A DNA stretch of 64,000 nt from Thermoplasmata archaeon (lineage in GTDB: Archaea > Thermoplasmatota > Thermoplasmata > Thermoplasmatales > ARK-15): the NCBI GenBank assembly GCA_039794005.1, contig JBAMMA010000006.1, positions 55,814 through 119,813 of the forward strand, given 5' to 3'. Positions 1-11,174 of the stretch are shown here, piece after piece (position 1 is the first letter of the stretch; each line of letters begins with the position of its first letter). The notes under the pieces are model-generated. The model searched no databases, was not told where the DNA came from, and saw only the letters and a program-made list of their open reading frames with translations. The translations under genes were made by a program, and so were the position numbers.

Positions 1-2565
1 TCTTCTCATTTTATAATATTCTTTTGTCCTTTCTACAATCCATCCCAAGACCGGTGTTTGAACCCTTCCTGCGCTCAAATTCTTGTTTATTTTACAGTTT
101 ACCTTATCGCTTAGACCCACCTTCTTGCAATAGAATCTCCAAAATACAGTCTGCATTTTCCTTGATAAAACAAACCCAACCCACCTGTCTTCAATCCTCC
201 TTACTAGCTGGGCTTTGATCATATTCAAATCCATTTCCCTTGGGCTATTTATCGCCTTTAGTATGGCCTCTTTTGTCACCTCATGGAATTCCACCCTCTT
301 TATGTTTCTGTTCATAGGCCTGATATTTAAAAATATGTCCCATGCAATCTTTTCGCCTTCAATATCCGGATCTGTACCTATAAAAACCTCATCCACTTCA
401 AATGCAAGCTTTCTTATATCTTCAATTGTATTAATTTTATCCATTACTATTTCTTCACCGCATTTTGGACACCTGTTTCTAATGGAATCTGTTACCTGAT
501 GGCCATTCTTACACCTCTTGATGGAATTGTAATATGGAATAAAATTGATTTCACCATCTTTTTCAACCTTTTCAATTCCATAGAATCCCAATGGTCTGGT
601 TGTAAGATCAAAAAGATGGCCCTGTGATGCAACGATCATCATTGTCATTTTACCAAGGAATGTTTCGTAAATCCTTATTCCGTTCATGTCAAAAAATCCA
701 GGTTTTCCAAAAAATGATGATATTGTCCTTGCTTTAGTAGGAGATTCGACAACCATTAAAACATGTTTCATTTCCGATAATGATGATATTACATTTTTTT
801 CAATGCCATCATTCATTATATCCCTATCTTTTTCAACCTCCCTTATGTTTAATTCCAAATTTTCAATTCTCTCTTTTTCAAAATCTTTGAATTCTATATC
901 GGGAATTGAAATTTTCAATTTATTCTCAAACTTTGAAAAGAGGGCATCGTTTTCATATAACACTATAGATATCCCCTTTGTAAGTTGTCCTCTGAACAAT
1001 CTTGAAGTTCTACCAGATGCATGAATATATGTTGTATGTGACGGTACCATGACCCAGCCATTCATAATAACAAAGTTTGTCTGCTTATTCATATAATCTG
1101 TAAATTCGGGATCGTTTAGATATCTTTCAACGATCTCATATGCCTTTTTGATATCTTCATCAACATTTTGTTCCTCAATCTTTTTCTGTAAAACAATCAA
1201 TGCCCCTTGGCTCATGTTTTTTAACATCTTTTTCATCTTTTTTGATAATGAAGAAATCTCGGGATCATTGCTTTTTCTGGCAATTAAATTTAATATTCTT
1301 ACCATCTGCTGGAATGGTAGTATTTCACCTATCTTTATTGCAAATTTCGGAATACCATAAAAAATGGAATACTTAATTCTCCATGGTATATCTATACCTC
1401 TTACCAAAAGACCATTATGACTCGACACTCCGACGAGAACATTCACTTTACCATTGATAAAATCTTCAATACCCTTAGAATTTTTGGAAGTAATGGCCAA
1501 AGATTTTATTCCATTTTTATTTAAATATTTTGATATTTCTTCAGCCTTTTCAATTCCATATTCCGGAGATACAAATATTATTATTCCATCCTTAAACATT
1601 TTAACCATATTTAATATTTTGTTCATGCCATCTTCCAGTTTAGCCTTATAATCTATGATATTTCTCAAAAATATTGAAACGCTACCGGGCCTGAAGCCTA
1701 AAACGGATGTGATCAATTTATTACCACCTGTCATTGTTGCGGATGAAAATATTATAATTTTATCCTTCAACTTTTTATTTTTAATTTCCTGCAGCTTTCT
1801 ATACCTCTCAACATCATCTTGTTCCTTCAATATTTCCTGTATCCTTGAAATATCGTTTTCATCAAATCCTATTACCTTCAATATGGAATATACACCCTTT
1901 TTTGTTTTTATCGCTGAATCAATATCATCAACAAAGATTAAATTGTATTCCAAAGAAGTTATTTTTTCAGCATTGTTCATTATATATCTTCCTGTAAAAA
2001 CGGCAATATCAAAGTTTCCGGAATAAAAATTGTTCTCATTTTCTATTCTTTCAGCTTTTTTCATTCCTGAATGAACGGAGACTATTTTTGGATTTAAGCC
2101 CAATTTTTCAGCATATTCTTTTAAAATTTTTAATGATTGATCTAGCAATGTTCTTGTTTGAAATATCAGTATAGATTTTTTACCTTTTGTAAAATAGTAT
2201 AAAGAGGATATCAATCCAAAGGTAGTTTTACCAAAACCTGTAGGTGCTACAATTCCAAAACTTTGACCTCTAGATAATCTGGATATCCAGGACCTTTGAA
2301 TTCCTGAAGGAGAAAAACCTATTGAACCTTTAAACAGCTTTTCAAAATCTTTCAACATATTGATTGTATTTTCCATCCATTGCAAATTTTTCAGCTTACC
2401 TAAAAATTTCAAATTTTCAACCAATTCAATTGGACTACTGAATTCTTTATGACCTGATAGACACTCCTCACAAACAGAGCCATAAAATAGCCTTCGTGCA
2501 TTAATATTTTTACCACAATTCGGACATGTATTAATAAACGTTGATTCTGGTATATAAGAATTCAT
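1..2565 (-). CDS. rgy: Reverse gyrase (partial; C-terminus runs off the window; absent from the ORF track)
   Basis: Manual translation from ATG at 2565 gives the N-terminal Zn finger CPNCGKNINARRLFYGSVCEEC, Walker A APTGFGKTT, FVDDID, TOPRIM VVESPTKA and GTDPDIEGEKIAWD, a second Zn finger RCKNGH..CPKC, and SAGRVQTPVLGW. The motifs checked are in one frame. Confidence 0.95.
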   Translation of the reverse strand, partial: MNSYIPESTFINTCPNCGKNINARRLFYGSVCEECLSGHKEFSSPIELVENLKFLGKLKNLQWMENTINMLKDFEKLFKGSIGFSPSGIQRSWISRLSRGQSFGIVAPTGFGKTTFGLISSLYYFTKGKKSILIFQTRTLLDQSLKILKEYAEKLGLNPKIVSVHSGMKKAERIENENNFYSGNFDIAVFTGRYIMNNAEKITSLEYNLIFVDDIDSAIKTKKGVYSILKVIGFDENDISRIQEILKEQDDVERYRKLQEIKNKKLKDKIIIFSSATMTGGNKLITSVLGFRPGSVSIFLRNIIDYKAKLEDGMNKILNMVKMFKDGIIIFVSPEYGIEKAEEISKYLNKNGIKSLAITSKNSKGIEDFINGKVNVLVGVSSHNGLLVRGIDIPWRIKYSIFYGIPKFAIKIGEILPFQQMVRILNLIARKSNDPEISSLSKKMKKMLKNMSQGALIVLQKKIEEQNVDEDIKKAYEIVERYLNDPEFTDYMNKQTNFVIMNGWVMVPSHTTYIHASGRTSRLFRGQLTKGISIVLYENDALFSKFENKLKISIPDIEFKDFEKERIENLELNIREVEKDRDIMNDGIEKNVISSLSEMKHVLMVVESPTKARTISSFFGKPGFFDMNGIRIYETFLGKMTMMIVASQGHLFDLTTRPLGFYGIEKVEKDGEINFIPYYNSIKRCKNGHQVTDSIRNRCPKCGEEIVMDKINTIEDIRKLAFEVDEVFIGTDPDIEGEKIAWDIFLNIRPMNRNIKRVEFHEVTKEAILKAINSPREMDLNMIKAQLVRRIEDRWVGFVLSRKMQTVFWRFYCKKVGLSDKVNCKINKNLSAGRVQTPVLGWIVERTKEYYKMRR

Positions 2566-2686
2566 GATTTATTTATTAAAATATACATTTAAAAAATATT
2601 CCATAATATTTTATATTTATTTGTTTAAATATTTTACATAAAAATATAAAAAATTTTTTTAAACAATATTTTGGATATTTTTATCC

Positions 2687-3952
2687 ATGAGCATTTTGAT
2701 TAAAAATGGATTTATCGTAACTCAAAATAAAAACAGAGATATATTTCTTGGGGATATTTATATTGAGGGAAATAGGATAGTGGAAATCGGAAAAAATCTA
2801 TCCTATGAAGCAGAATACAGAATAGATGCCACAAACAATATAATAATCCCGGGGTTGATAAATACTCACACCCATGTTGGAATGGGTGGATTTAGAGGAT
2901 TGATTGAGGACATGCAGTTAGACGATTTTTTAAAAAAGACATTCGACCTGGACTCAAAAAGAACAGATGAGGACATATACCATTCATCCATGGTCTCCAT
3001 TGCAGAGATGCTTAGAAATGGGATAACATCATTTTTGGATCTTTATTATTCTGAGGACATTATAGCAAAGGCCGTAAGGGATTCCGGCATTAGGGGATTT
3101 TTGTCTTGGGTCACACTTGATGAAAGGTATACAACGCAGAAGGGAAATCCCCTTAAAAATGCCGAGGATTTTATCATTAAATTCAAAGGTAATGAAAGGA
3201 TCTATCCATCAGTTGGCTTTCAAGGCGTATACGTATGTTCTGATGAGACTTTAATGAAGGGAAAAGAAATCGCTGAAAGGCACAATACTTTAATGCACAT
3301 GCATCTGAGCGAAACTAGAAAGGAGGTATACGATTTTCTAAAAAAGACAAATAAAAGACCCGTTGAGCATCTATATGACATTGGATTTTTAAATGACAGA
3401 TTAATGGCAGTTCATACTGTATGGATTACGATAAGAGAAGTAAAATTCCTGAGTGAAAAGAGAGTTAATATATCCCACAATCCAGTTAGTAATATGAAAC
3501 TTGGCACTGGTGGAGCTTCTCCTATTCCTGAATTGATTAAATACAATGCTAATGTAACACTTGGTACTGATAGCAATACTACAAACAATAATCTTGACTT
3601 GTTCGATGTGATGAAAACCACAGGGCTTTTGCACAAAAATGAGAGATGGGACGCATCAATTTTAAAGGCCCAGGAAATTTTTGATATGGCCACAATAAAT
3701 GCTGCAAAGGCCCTAAAGATGGAAAACCATTTGGGTTCCATAGAGGAGGGTAAAATGGCAGATATTGCGATCATTGATCCATATCCAAATGGCATTCCGC
3801 TCAGAAAAGATTCTTTAATTCCAAATTTAGTCTATTCAATAAAAGGCCTTAACGTGACAAAAACTATAGTTGATGGAAAAATCGTAATGGATAATGGAAA
3901 ATTGACTTTATACGATATGGAAAAGACAATAAACTTCTTCAAAAATCTTTAA
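2687..3952 (+). CDS. Metal-dependent amidohydrolase, MTA/SAH deaminase-like
   Basis: PGLINTHTH, HMHLSET, HNPVSNMKL and LGTD motifs. Confidence 0.85.
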   Translation: MSILIKNGFIVTQNKNRDIFLGDIYIEGNRIVEIGKNLSYEAEYRIDATNNIIIPGLINTHTHVGMGGFRGLIEDMQLDDFLKKTFDLDSKRTDEDIYHSSMVSIAEMLRNGITSFLDLYYSEDIIAKAVRDSGIRGFLSWVTLDERYTTQKGNPLKNAEDFIIKFKGNERIYPSVGFQGVYVCSDETLMKGKEIAERHNTLMHMHLSETRKEVYDFLKKTNKRPVEHLYDIGFLNDRLMAVHTVWITIREVKFLSEKRVNISHNPVSNMKLGTGGASPIPELIKYNANVTLGTDSNTTNNNLDLFDVMKTTGLLHKNERWDASILKAQEIFDMATINAAKALKMENHLGSIEEGKMADIAIIDPYPNGIPLRKDSLIPNLVYSIKGLNVTKTIVDGKIVMDNGKLTLYDMEKTINFFKNL

Positions 3953-5144
3953 TCAACTTATAAAAAACCTTTGCATCGTTTACCATATTTTTTATAACGC
4001 AGTATTCATCTGGACTATGTTCAACAGGTTCTAAAGTTGCCCAGACGACAGCATGATAACCCCTTTTCCTCGCCATTGCCGCTACTGTTCCACCACCAAT
4101 GCCTATCAATTTTGGTTCTACTTTCAGTACATCATTTATACTCTTTTTTAAATTTACAACCAATGGTGAACTCTCTGGCGTTTTTGGAGCAGGGTCGTTT
4201 CTCTGAACTGTTTCTAAGGTTATTTCTATTCCATACTTATTTTTGTATGATTCAACAATTTTTATAATCGTATTTAAAACATCATCTATTTTATATTCTG
4301 GTAGGATCCTCATATCAAAATATACCTTTGCACTTCCAGGAATTGTATTGATATTTTGAACAGCGCTCGACATCATCGTAGGTTCAAATGTCGAATATGG
4401 GGGTATGAAAACATTATCATAGATATCGAAATTTTTGTGCAATTCCTTGTCTATTTCCATGGAAATTTCAAATAAATATCTTGAGGAATTTTTTCCGAGA
4501 TCTGGCCTTGATCCATGAGACTGTTTCCCAATGACCTTTATTCCTAGCCACAGTATGCCTTTTTCGGCAATCTCTATTTCATCCCCCTTTTCGTTACCGG
4601 CATCTGGAATTATAAAATAATCATCCTTACCAAATTCCTTATAATTTTCCATAACATATTCCATGCCATATTTTGAGCCAACCTCTTCATCGCTTAATGA
4701 CATGAAACCTATGTTGTATTTTGGCCTGATCCCATTATCTATTATCGCCTTTATTGCAAAAAGGCCTGCCACCAAATCTTGACCGTTATCCTCTGTACCC
4801 CTTCCATATATCCTATCATTAACAACGGTGGCCTTGAATGGATCGTAATGCCATTGATTAATATCCCCTTCAGGAACTGTATCCATATGGGCTGCAATCC
4901 ATATCGTCTTTTCCCTAATTTTACCATAATATTTTGCTATAATATTTGGCCTAGTGTAGTTTTTATCATCTATTGCATTCAATTCTTTTATATAATCAAA
5001 ACCCATGTTTTCAATGTAATTCTTTATAAATCTAGATCTTTCCCATTCACCATTTCCACCGAGATCCGGGCTTATTGCCTTTATCGGTATCATTGATGTC
5101 ATGAATTCTATCATCTCTTCTCTATAATCTTCAATTTCTTTCAT
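3939..5144 (-). CDS. M20 family metallopeptidase (ArgE/DapE-like)
   Basis: AHMDTVP, GRGTEDNG, DEE and C-terminal EH motifs. Confidence 0.88.
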   Translation of the reverse strand: MKEIEDYREEMIEFMTSMIPIKAISPDLGGNGEWERSRFIKNYIENMGFDYIKELNAIDDKNYTRPNIIAKYYGKIREKTIWIAAHMDTVPEGDINQWHYDPFKATVVNDRIYGRGTEDNGQDLVAGLFAIKAIIDNGIRPKYNIGFMSLSDEEVGSKYGMEYVMENYKEFGKDDYFIIPDAGNEKGDEIEIAEKGILWLGIKVIGKQSHGSRPDLGKNSSRYLFEISMEIDKELHKNFDIYDNVFIPPYSTFEPTMMSSAVQNINTIPGSAKVYFDMRILPEYKIDDVLNTIIKIVESYKNKYGIEITLETVQRNDPAPKTPESSPLVVNLKKSINDVLKVEPKLIGIGGGTVAAMARKRGYHAVVWATLEPVEHSPDEYCVIKNMVNDAKVFYKLIKDF

Positions 5145-5325
5145 ACTTTACACCCTTTTCAGGTAACAAAACTGGGATGCCATCAATGATTTCATAATAT
5201 ACATTACAACTTTCGCATAACAATTTTCCAGAAAAAATTTCATTATCCCTCCCAACACTTTCAATAAGTGTGAGAGGGTTTTTGCACACAGGGCATACTA
5301 TTATTTTTAACGTTTCACTTTTCAT
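5131..5325 (-). CDS. trm112: Trm112-family methyltransferase activator
   Basis: 64 aa with CPVCK..L..LLCESC..YEIIDGIPVLL. Confidence 0.85.
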   Translation of the reverse strand: MKSETLKIIVCPVCKNPLTLIESVGRDNEIFSGKLLCESCNVYYEIIDGIPVLLPEKGVKYERN

Positions 5326-5673
5326 TTATATGCTGTATAACAAATATATTCCATATATTAACGATATTATTGCAATTACCCATAGTATACCATTGATGAG
5401 TGATTTTCTTTTTATGCCGAGATCGAATATTATTCCCCTTAGGCCATTAAGACCATGGTAAACAACTGCCAATAAAAATCCAATGTAGAATGCTTTCCAC
5501 CATGGGTTCTGTATTCTTTGCAAAATAGCCTGAATCGTCAATTCTATAGAACCTTCGACGTGCATTATCCATAGATGAACGCCAAGGAAAAATACCATAA
5601 AAATTGCGGTAATTAATTGCAAAAGCCATGCCAGTGGCGCAATTGATCCTTTTATACTTTCCTGATTTGTCAT
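5326..5673 (-). CDS. sdhD: Succinate dehydrogenase membrane anchor subunit
   Basis: Three hydrophobic helices, WLLQLITA, YHGLNGLR; last gene of the sdh cluster. Confidence 0.88.
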   Translation of the reverse strand: MTNQESIKGSIAPLAWLLQLITAIFMVFFLGVHLWIMHVEGSIELTIQAILQRIQNPWWKAFYIGFLLAVVYHGLNGLRGIIFDLGIKRKSLINGILWVIAIISLIYGIYLLYSI

Positions 5674-5691
5674 TATATATCACCTCATTTT

Positions 5692-6102
5692 TTAAGAATG
5701 CAGGAATGCATCAACAACAACATAACTCAGCAGAATCCATCCTATTATGCCTAATGCCATCATTATCCAGAAGAATAATTGTCTCTTCTTTGTTCCAATG
5801 CCAAACTCATTTATAACCAACCTAATACCATTTGCGCCATGATAAAATATCACGAGGAATAGCAATATATCGAGTGCAACGAATGGAGGGCTTTCAACGG
5901 TTTTTAGGAAATTCTTGAAATTTGATCCTCCTGTTGATTGTGTCCCTATTAACTGTGATAATGCGGCGAAGTGGATATAAAGGTATAACAATATTACAAG
6001 ACCCGTTAGCCTGTGGAAAAGGAATGCAATTCCATCGGATAAATGCCTTCCTTTCAATTTTATCCAATATAATGAATCCTTTAATGACATTTTATTCACC
6101 AC
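5692..6102 (-). CDS. sdhC: Succinate dehydrogenase cytochrome b subunit
   Basis: FHRLTG and YHGANGIR heme-ligand motifs. Confidence 0.9.
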   Translation of the reverse strand: MVNKMSLKDSLYWIKLKGRHLSDGIAFLFHRLTGLVILLYLYIHFAALSQLIGTQSTGGSNFKNFLKTVESPPFVALDILLFLVIFYHGANGIRLVINEFGIGTKKRQLFFWIMMALGIIGWILLSYVVVDAFLHS

Positions 6103-6841
6103 CTTTTATGTGGAATATTCTCTTTAATTCATATGCTGCTGCCTGAACCTTTAGCTTTTGAATTGCGGTTGCAGGATCTATCTCCTTTGGACATGCATTG
6201 GAACATTCAGATGAGAAGTGGCATCTCCAACAACCCTCTGGGTCGCTCACTATCGCCAGCCTTAAATTTTTACCCTGGTCCCTGCTATCTGCATTGAACC
6301 TGTATGCGGCAGTTAATGCAGCAGGGCCCAGATAATTCGGATCGCTATTTGATATTGGACATGCTGCTGTACATGCACCGCATTTTATACATAATGTTAA
6401 AATATAATATTTTTTCAATTCCTTTGGATATTGCAATAATTGACCTTCTGGATTGTCCTTCCTGATCAAATATGGTTTAACATTTTCATGCTTCCTGAAA
6501 AATTCATCGAAATCAACAACAAGATCCCTAATCCATTTAAATGCGGCACCTTGTAAAGGTTCGATTATGAACACCTTTTTGCCATTCTCAATTTTTGCGG
6601 GCTCAATCTTTGAAAATAATGTGGAACATGTGGTCCTTGGGAAATTATTTACCATCATTGCACATGAACCGCAAACTTCCATACGGCATGATGCCCTGAA
6701 AGAGAGTGAATGGTCTATGTTATCCCTGACATAAAAAAGGCCGTCAAGTACCGTAGTGTCCTTTTCAATGGGGATTTCATAATCTTTATATTCCCAGTGT
6801 GATGGATCTCCCCTTTTTATCCTTAATATTATGTTCTCCAT
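6092..6841 (-). CDS. sdhB: Succinate dehydrogenase iron-sulfur subunit
   Basis: SCRMEVCGSC, CIKCGACTAACP and CWRCHFSSECSNACP clusters. Confidence 0.95.
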   Translation of the reverse strand: MENIILRIKRGDPSHWEYKDYEIPIEKDTTVLDGLFYVRDNIDHSLSFRASCRMEVCGSCAMMVNNFPRTTCSTLFSKIEPAKIENGKKVFIIEPLQGAAFKWIRDLVVDFDEFFRKHENVKPYLIRKDNPEGQLLQYPKELKKYYILTLCIKCGACTAACPISNSDPNYLGPAALTAAYRFNADSRDQGKNLRLAIVSDPEGCWRCHFSSECSNACPKEIDPATAIQKLKVQAAAYELKRIFHIKGGE

Positions 6842-6850
6842 ATTATCACC

Positions 6851-8554
6851 TCAATATTTCCTCTCTTCTGGCTGCCACTTCGTAACCCTTACAGGTATGT
6901 ATGACAGTTCAATCTTTCCATCCCTCTTAATCGCTATGGTATGCTTCATCCAATTAACATCATCCCTCTTTGGATAATCGGTTCTATAATGAGCTCCTCT
7001 GCTCTCTTTTCTTGCGATTGCACCCAATATTACTACTTCCGCAACCTCCAACAAATTGCTCAATTCTAAATATGTTACCAAATTCATGTTGTAAAACATA
7101 TTTTTATCTTCAACGTAAACGTTTTCAAACCTCTTTTGTAATTCCTTTACCTTTTGCAATGCATCTGTCAAATCCTTTTCATTCCTGAATATTCCAACCT
7201 TTTCTTGCATGGTGTTTTGCAGCTCCTTTCTAAGGCTTGCAACACTTTCAGAACCTCTCTCCTTGAAAGGTTCTTTGAATATTCTGTTTTCTTCTTCCTT
7301 TACCCTTTGCATGTTCAATTCTGGTATGTTTGAAACCTTCTGAACATATTTTGCAGCTGAAACACCTGTTATATCTCCATATGCAAGGCACTCCGCCGTT
7401 GAATTTGATCCCAGCCTGTTTGCACCGTGTATGCTAACACATGCCGCCTCACCTGCGGCAAAAATACCTGGTATTGGAGACATTCCATCTATATCCACCT
7501 GGATACCACCCATTGTATAATGTGCCGCAGGCCTTACAGGTATTGGTTCTTTTGCAGGATCTATGCCATTAAACTTTATTGTCAAATCCCTTATGGCAGG
7601 CAATCTCTCCTTTATCTCTTCATCACCTAAATGCCTTAAGTCCAACAATACATATGGACCCCATGGGCCTTCGAATCCTCTTCCGGCCTGAATTTCCCAC
7701 ATGATTGACCTTGACACCACATCCCTCGGCGCAAGTTCCTTTTTCTGTGGAGCATACCTCTGCATAAATCTTTCTCCATCCTTATTTATTAAATAACCGC
7801 CTTCTCCCCTGGCACCTTCTGTTATAAGAATACCAGAAGGAACAAGGCCTGTTGGATGGAATTGAACAAATTCCATATCCTCCAGAAGCATTCCAGCCCT
7901 CAGTGCCATTGCAGCTCCATCACCTGTAACAGTATGTGAATAAGTTGTGAATGGGTACAACCTTCCAAGACCGCCTGTTGCTATAAGCAACCCTTTTCCC
8001 TGGAATATTTCATATTCACCTGTTTTCATGTTTATGGCAGTCAATGCATTAAATCTTCCATTATCAATGATTATTGATGTGGCAAAATATTCCTGAAACT
8101 TTTCAACACCATCATATGTCAAAAGCCTTTCATAAAGGGTATGCATAGCATGGAATCCTGTTCTGTCTGCAGCGTATGTTGCCCTTGGAAAACTGTGTCC
8201 ACCAAAAGGCCTTTGTGCTATCTTTCCATCATCCCTTCTGCTCCATGGCATTCCCCAGTGGTCCAGATACAGAATTTCGTTTGGCATTGTTCTAACAAAT
8301 CTTTCCACTGCGTCCTGATCTGCAAGGTAATCTGATCCCTTTATAGTATCGTATGCATGCAGATCGTAGCTATCCCCTTCATACAAAACTGCTGCAGTCC
8401 CGCCCTCTGCAGCCACAGAATGTGATCTTAGGAAGTATAACTTTGATACTATCGCTATGGTCAAATTTTTATCCGTTTCCTTCGCAGAAATTGCAGCCCT
8501 GAGACCGGCCAAACCTGCACCCAATATGATTAAATCAGCTTTATGAACATTCAT
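6851..8554 (-). CDS. sdhA: Succinate dehydrogenase/fumarate reductase flavoprotein
   Basis: GAGLAG, RSHSVAAEGG, QFHPTG, HYTMGG, HGANRLGSNS, ESRGAH. Confidence 0.96.
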   Translation of the reverse strand: MNVHKADLIILGAGLAGLRAAISAKETDKNLTIAIVSKLYFLRSHSVAAEGGTAAVLYEGDSYDLHAYDTIKGSDYLADQDAVERFVRTMPNEILYLDHWGMPWSRRDDGKIAQRPFGGHSFPRATYAADRTGFHAMHTLYERLLTYDGVEKFQEYFATSIIIDNGRFNALTAINMKTGEYEIFQGKGLLIATGGLGRLYPFTTYSHTVTGDGAAMALRAGMLLEDMEFVQFHPTGLVPSGILITEGARGEGGYLINKDGERFMQRYAPQKKELAPRDVVSRSIMWEIQAGRGFEGPWGPYVLLDLRHLGDEEIKERLPAIRDLTIKFNGIDPAKEPIPVRPAAHYTMGGIQVDIDGMSPIPGIFAAGEAACVSIHGANRLGSNSTAECLAYGDITGVSAAKYVQKVSNIPELNMQRVKEEENRIFKEPFKERGSESVASLRKELQNTMQEKVGIFRNEKDLTDALQKVKELQKRFENVYVEDKNMFYNMNLVTYLELSNLLEVAEVVILGAIARKESRGAHYRTDYPKRDDVNWMKHTIAIKRDGKIELSYIPVRVTKWQPEERKY

Positions 8555-8869
8555 AATAATCGCCTTTTGAACATCTTAGATGTAATTATTATTGATATTT
8601 AAAATTCATGATTAAATAAAATTAAATATAATTTTTAAAATTTTAGTTTCCAAATATATTTATTTATCCGTATCATCAATTTCTTATATTTTTAATTATT
8701 TTTATTAATTCATCTATTTCCTTGAAATATCCTTTTCATTCATTCTATCTGATTAATAAAATTATCATATTATAAATTAGACTATGTAAATAACCTTGTT
8801 TTATTCCATTTTTTCTCTATTAAATTATATATCATTGCAATGATATAAAATGAATAAAAATTAAATAGG

Positions 8870-8942
8870 AGCCACCGGAGGGAATTGAACCCCCGACCTG
8901 CTGATTACAAGTCAGCCGCTCTACCGACTGAGCTACGGTGGC
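8870..8942 (-). tRNA. tRNA-Thr (TGT); CCA not encoded
   Basis: GCCACCG/CGGTGGC acceptor stem, GCTGA-CT-TGT-AA-TCAGC anticodon arm, GGTTCAATTCC T arm. Confidence 0.96.
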
Positions 8943-8993
8943 AGAAATCTATTATTTTGAATATAAAAGGCATTAATAAATTTATTGAAGTTT

Positions 8994-9332
8994 TTATTTA
9001 CCCTTTTTTAAATCCTGGAGCATCCTTTCATATTCTTCCTTTGTTATTTCTCCACTCGCATATCTTTTTCTTAAAATTTCGATCGCTTCATCCTTTTCAA
9101 ATTTTTCTACCTTTGCACTTTTTATGATTCTTAACAAGAATGTTATGAGTATGAATAAAACTGCTACCAAAAAAATGTATATGTAATATATTGCAATGTT
9201 TAGTAAATAAATAAAATATGGGCAACAATAACCCTTTGGATTTATAGATAATTCAATTACAGTATATGTCAAAAAAACTATTATCGCCACGATTATTGCT
9301 ATGATAGTTATAATCAATCTTTCACGTTTCAT
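8994..9332 (-). CDS. Two-TM membrane protein with C-terminal SHOCT domain
   Basis: Two hydrophobic stretches followed by AIEILRKRYASGEITKEEYERM. Confidence 0.8.
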   Translation of the reverse strand: MKRERLIITIIAIIVAIIVFLTYTVIELSINPKGYCCPYFIYLLNIAIYYIYIFLVAVLFILITFLLRIIKSAKVEKFEKDEAIEILRKRYASGEITKEEYERMLQDLKKGK

Positions 9333-9421
9333 ATAAACAATAAATGATATTGTAGTTAAAATTATTATTGATTATTACAAATGTTTTAAGTATATAATGG
9401 CAATATAGAAAAACGATAATT

Positions 9422-10225
9422 ATGGAACCTGACCTTTCAAAGATTAAGCCAATATTACAGGGCAGAAGTAAGCTTGATGAAAATATGAAGAAAATAAAAT
9501 ACAAAATAATGGTTATGAGTGGAAAGGGTGGAGTTGGTAAAACTACTGTGGCAGTAAACTTAGCTGTTGAGCTTTCAAACAAAGGATATAAGGTAGGTCT
9601 TTTAGACTCTGACATTCACGGACCAAATGTACCTAAGATGTTAAATATAGAAGATGAACAACTATATGGTGATGATTCAGGCATATATCCCTTGGAAATA
9701 ACTCCAAATTTGAAGGTAATATCGATTGGTATGATGTTGCCCGAAAAAGATGCCCCAATAATATGGAGAGGCTCTTTAAAGCATAAAATGATTCAACAAT
9801 TCCTGGAACAGGTGAATTGGGGTGAATTGGATTTTTTGGTCGTAGATCTCCCTCCCGGCACAGGAGACGAACCACTTAGCATTGCACAGCTGATAAAAGA
9901 TGTTTCGGGTGTTGTAATAGTTATTACGCCTCAGGAAGTTGCCCTAATGGATGCTAGAAAAGCAATAAATTTTGCAAAGGAACTCAACTTGAAAATATTG
10001 GGCATAATAGAAAACATGGTGGGTAGTGTATTTGGAGAAGGGGGCGGAGAAAAGGTCTCAAAGGAATACAACGTCCCATTTCTTGGAAAAATACCGATGG
10101 ACCCTGAGATCGTGAAATCGGGCGATTCCGGAGAACCTTTCGTTTTAAAGGATACAGAATCTGCAAAGGTTTTTAAAGAGATCGTTGAAAAAATTATCAA
10201 TAATCTTCCAAAGAAAGAAGGGTGA
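9422..10225 (+). CDS. mrp: Mrp/ApbC/Nbp35 Fe-S cluster carrier ATPase
   Basis: [25 protein letters not shown] and GIIENM motifs. Confidence 0.92.
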   Translation: MEPDLSKIKPILQGRSKLDENMKKIKYKIMVMSGKGGVGKTTVAVNLAVELSNKGYKVGLLDSDIHGPNVPKMLNIEDEQLYGDDSGIYPLEITPNLKVISIGMMLPEKDAPIIWRGSLKHKMIQQFLEQVNWGELDFLVVDLPPGTGDEPLSIAQLIKDVSGVVIVITPQEVALMDARKAINFAKELNLKILGIIENMVGSVFGEGGGEKVSKEYNVPFLGKIPMDPEIVKSGDSGEPFVLKDTESAKVFKEIVEKIINNLPKKEG

Positions 10226-11174
10226 TATATCTATTTAGGCTCTTGTGAACATACAATTTATGTATTTCCAAAACATGGAAATATTCCTTTGCGAATTCAA
10301 CGTATTTTTCTGATGGGAATATTATTGATACATGACCCTTTTCTTTTATTACATCTCTGAACGTTTTCAGGGCCCTCTGATATAGATGATCTATTGGTTC
10401 AGTTTTAAATGAACTTCTTCCATATGGTGGATCTGTGACAATTGCATCAAATTTTCCAAGCTCCTTGATCAATGAAAAATCTCCACGGTAAATTTCAGTT
10501 TTTATATTATAATATGAAGTATTCGTGATACAACCATTAACCATCTTTGATTCAATATCTATTCCTACGGATTCTATTCCCATGAGGCCTGCCTCTATTA
10601 ATATTGATCCTCCCCCACAGAATGGGTCTGCAATCCTGCCACCTCTCTTTACCCTTGCAATATTAACCATGGCCCTTGCCAGCTTTGGCTTCATTGCAAG
10701 ATTAGTCTTATAAGGTCTTTTATCTGGATGCCTCTCTAAAAACCCTTTATCCGGTATTGGCAACAAATTTGTAAAATAATAAAGATCATCTATATGATAT
10801 ATTCCGATTTCAACATCCGGATTTTTTAAATTTACTTTACCCTCTATATTTTTTCCAATCTTTTTTTCGATCTCCATCCTATTTATATTTTTGTTAACAA
10901 AATCAAAATACCTTACGGCGAATGTTACTCCTTCTGCCATTTTTCCGGTTACATCATTTATAATGTCTTTTACATAGAATAAAACTATGCCGATCCTCTT
11001 AAGAAATGCAGACCTATCTATAATTGGTTCAATCTCATCAGATTCAACCATAACAACTGGCTTTTCCATCAATATTTTATGATTTATATTTTCACCTTCA
11101 AAAATGCCTTCTATTTCAGATATTGGAAGTGTATTATGCTCCTTTGAAAGTTCTAAAATTGATTTTATTCCCAT
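10197..11174 (-). CDS. trm11: tRNA m2G10 methyltransferase (THUMP + MTase, Trm11/TrmG10)
   Basis: [28 protein letters not shown]; start taken at the second ATG. Confidence 0.85.
   Translation of the reverse strand: MGIKSILELSKEHNTLPISEIEGIFEGENINHKILMEKPVVMVESDEIEPIIDRSAFLKRIGIVLFYVKDIINDVTGKMAEGVTFAVRYFDFVNKNINRMEIEKKIGKNIEGKVNLKNPDVEIGIYHIDDLYYFTNLLPIPDKGFLERHPDKRPYKTNLAMKPKLARAMVNIARVKRGGRIADPFCGGGSILIEAGLMGIESVGIDIESKMVNGCITNTSYYNIKTEIYRGDFSLIKELGKFDAIVTDPPYGRSSFKTEPIDHLYQRALKTFRDVIKEKGHVSIIFPSEKYVEFAKEYFHVLEIHKLYVHKSLNRYITLLSLEDY

Noticed and set aside
24-2026. Plus-strand ORFs in the track between 24 and 2026
   Set aside because: They are antisense shadows of the reverse gyrase frame. 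The same applies to most short Ser/Phe/Ile-rich ORFs opposite real genes throughout the window.
8560-8942. Integrated element at tRNA-Thr or tRNA-Trp
   Set aside because: No integrase, transposase or duplicated tRNA 3' end (att site) was seen in the window.
8885-9127. 80-aa plus-strand ORF
   Set aside because: It is antisense to tRNA-Thr and the SHOCT gene.
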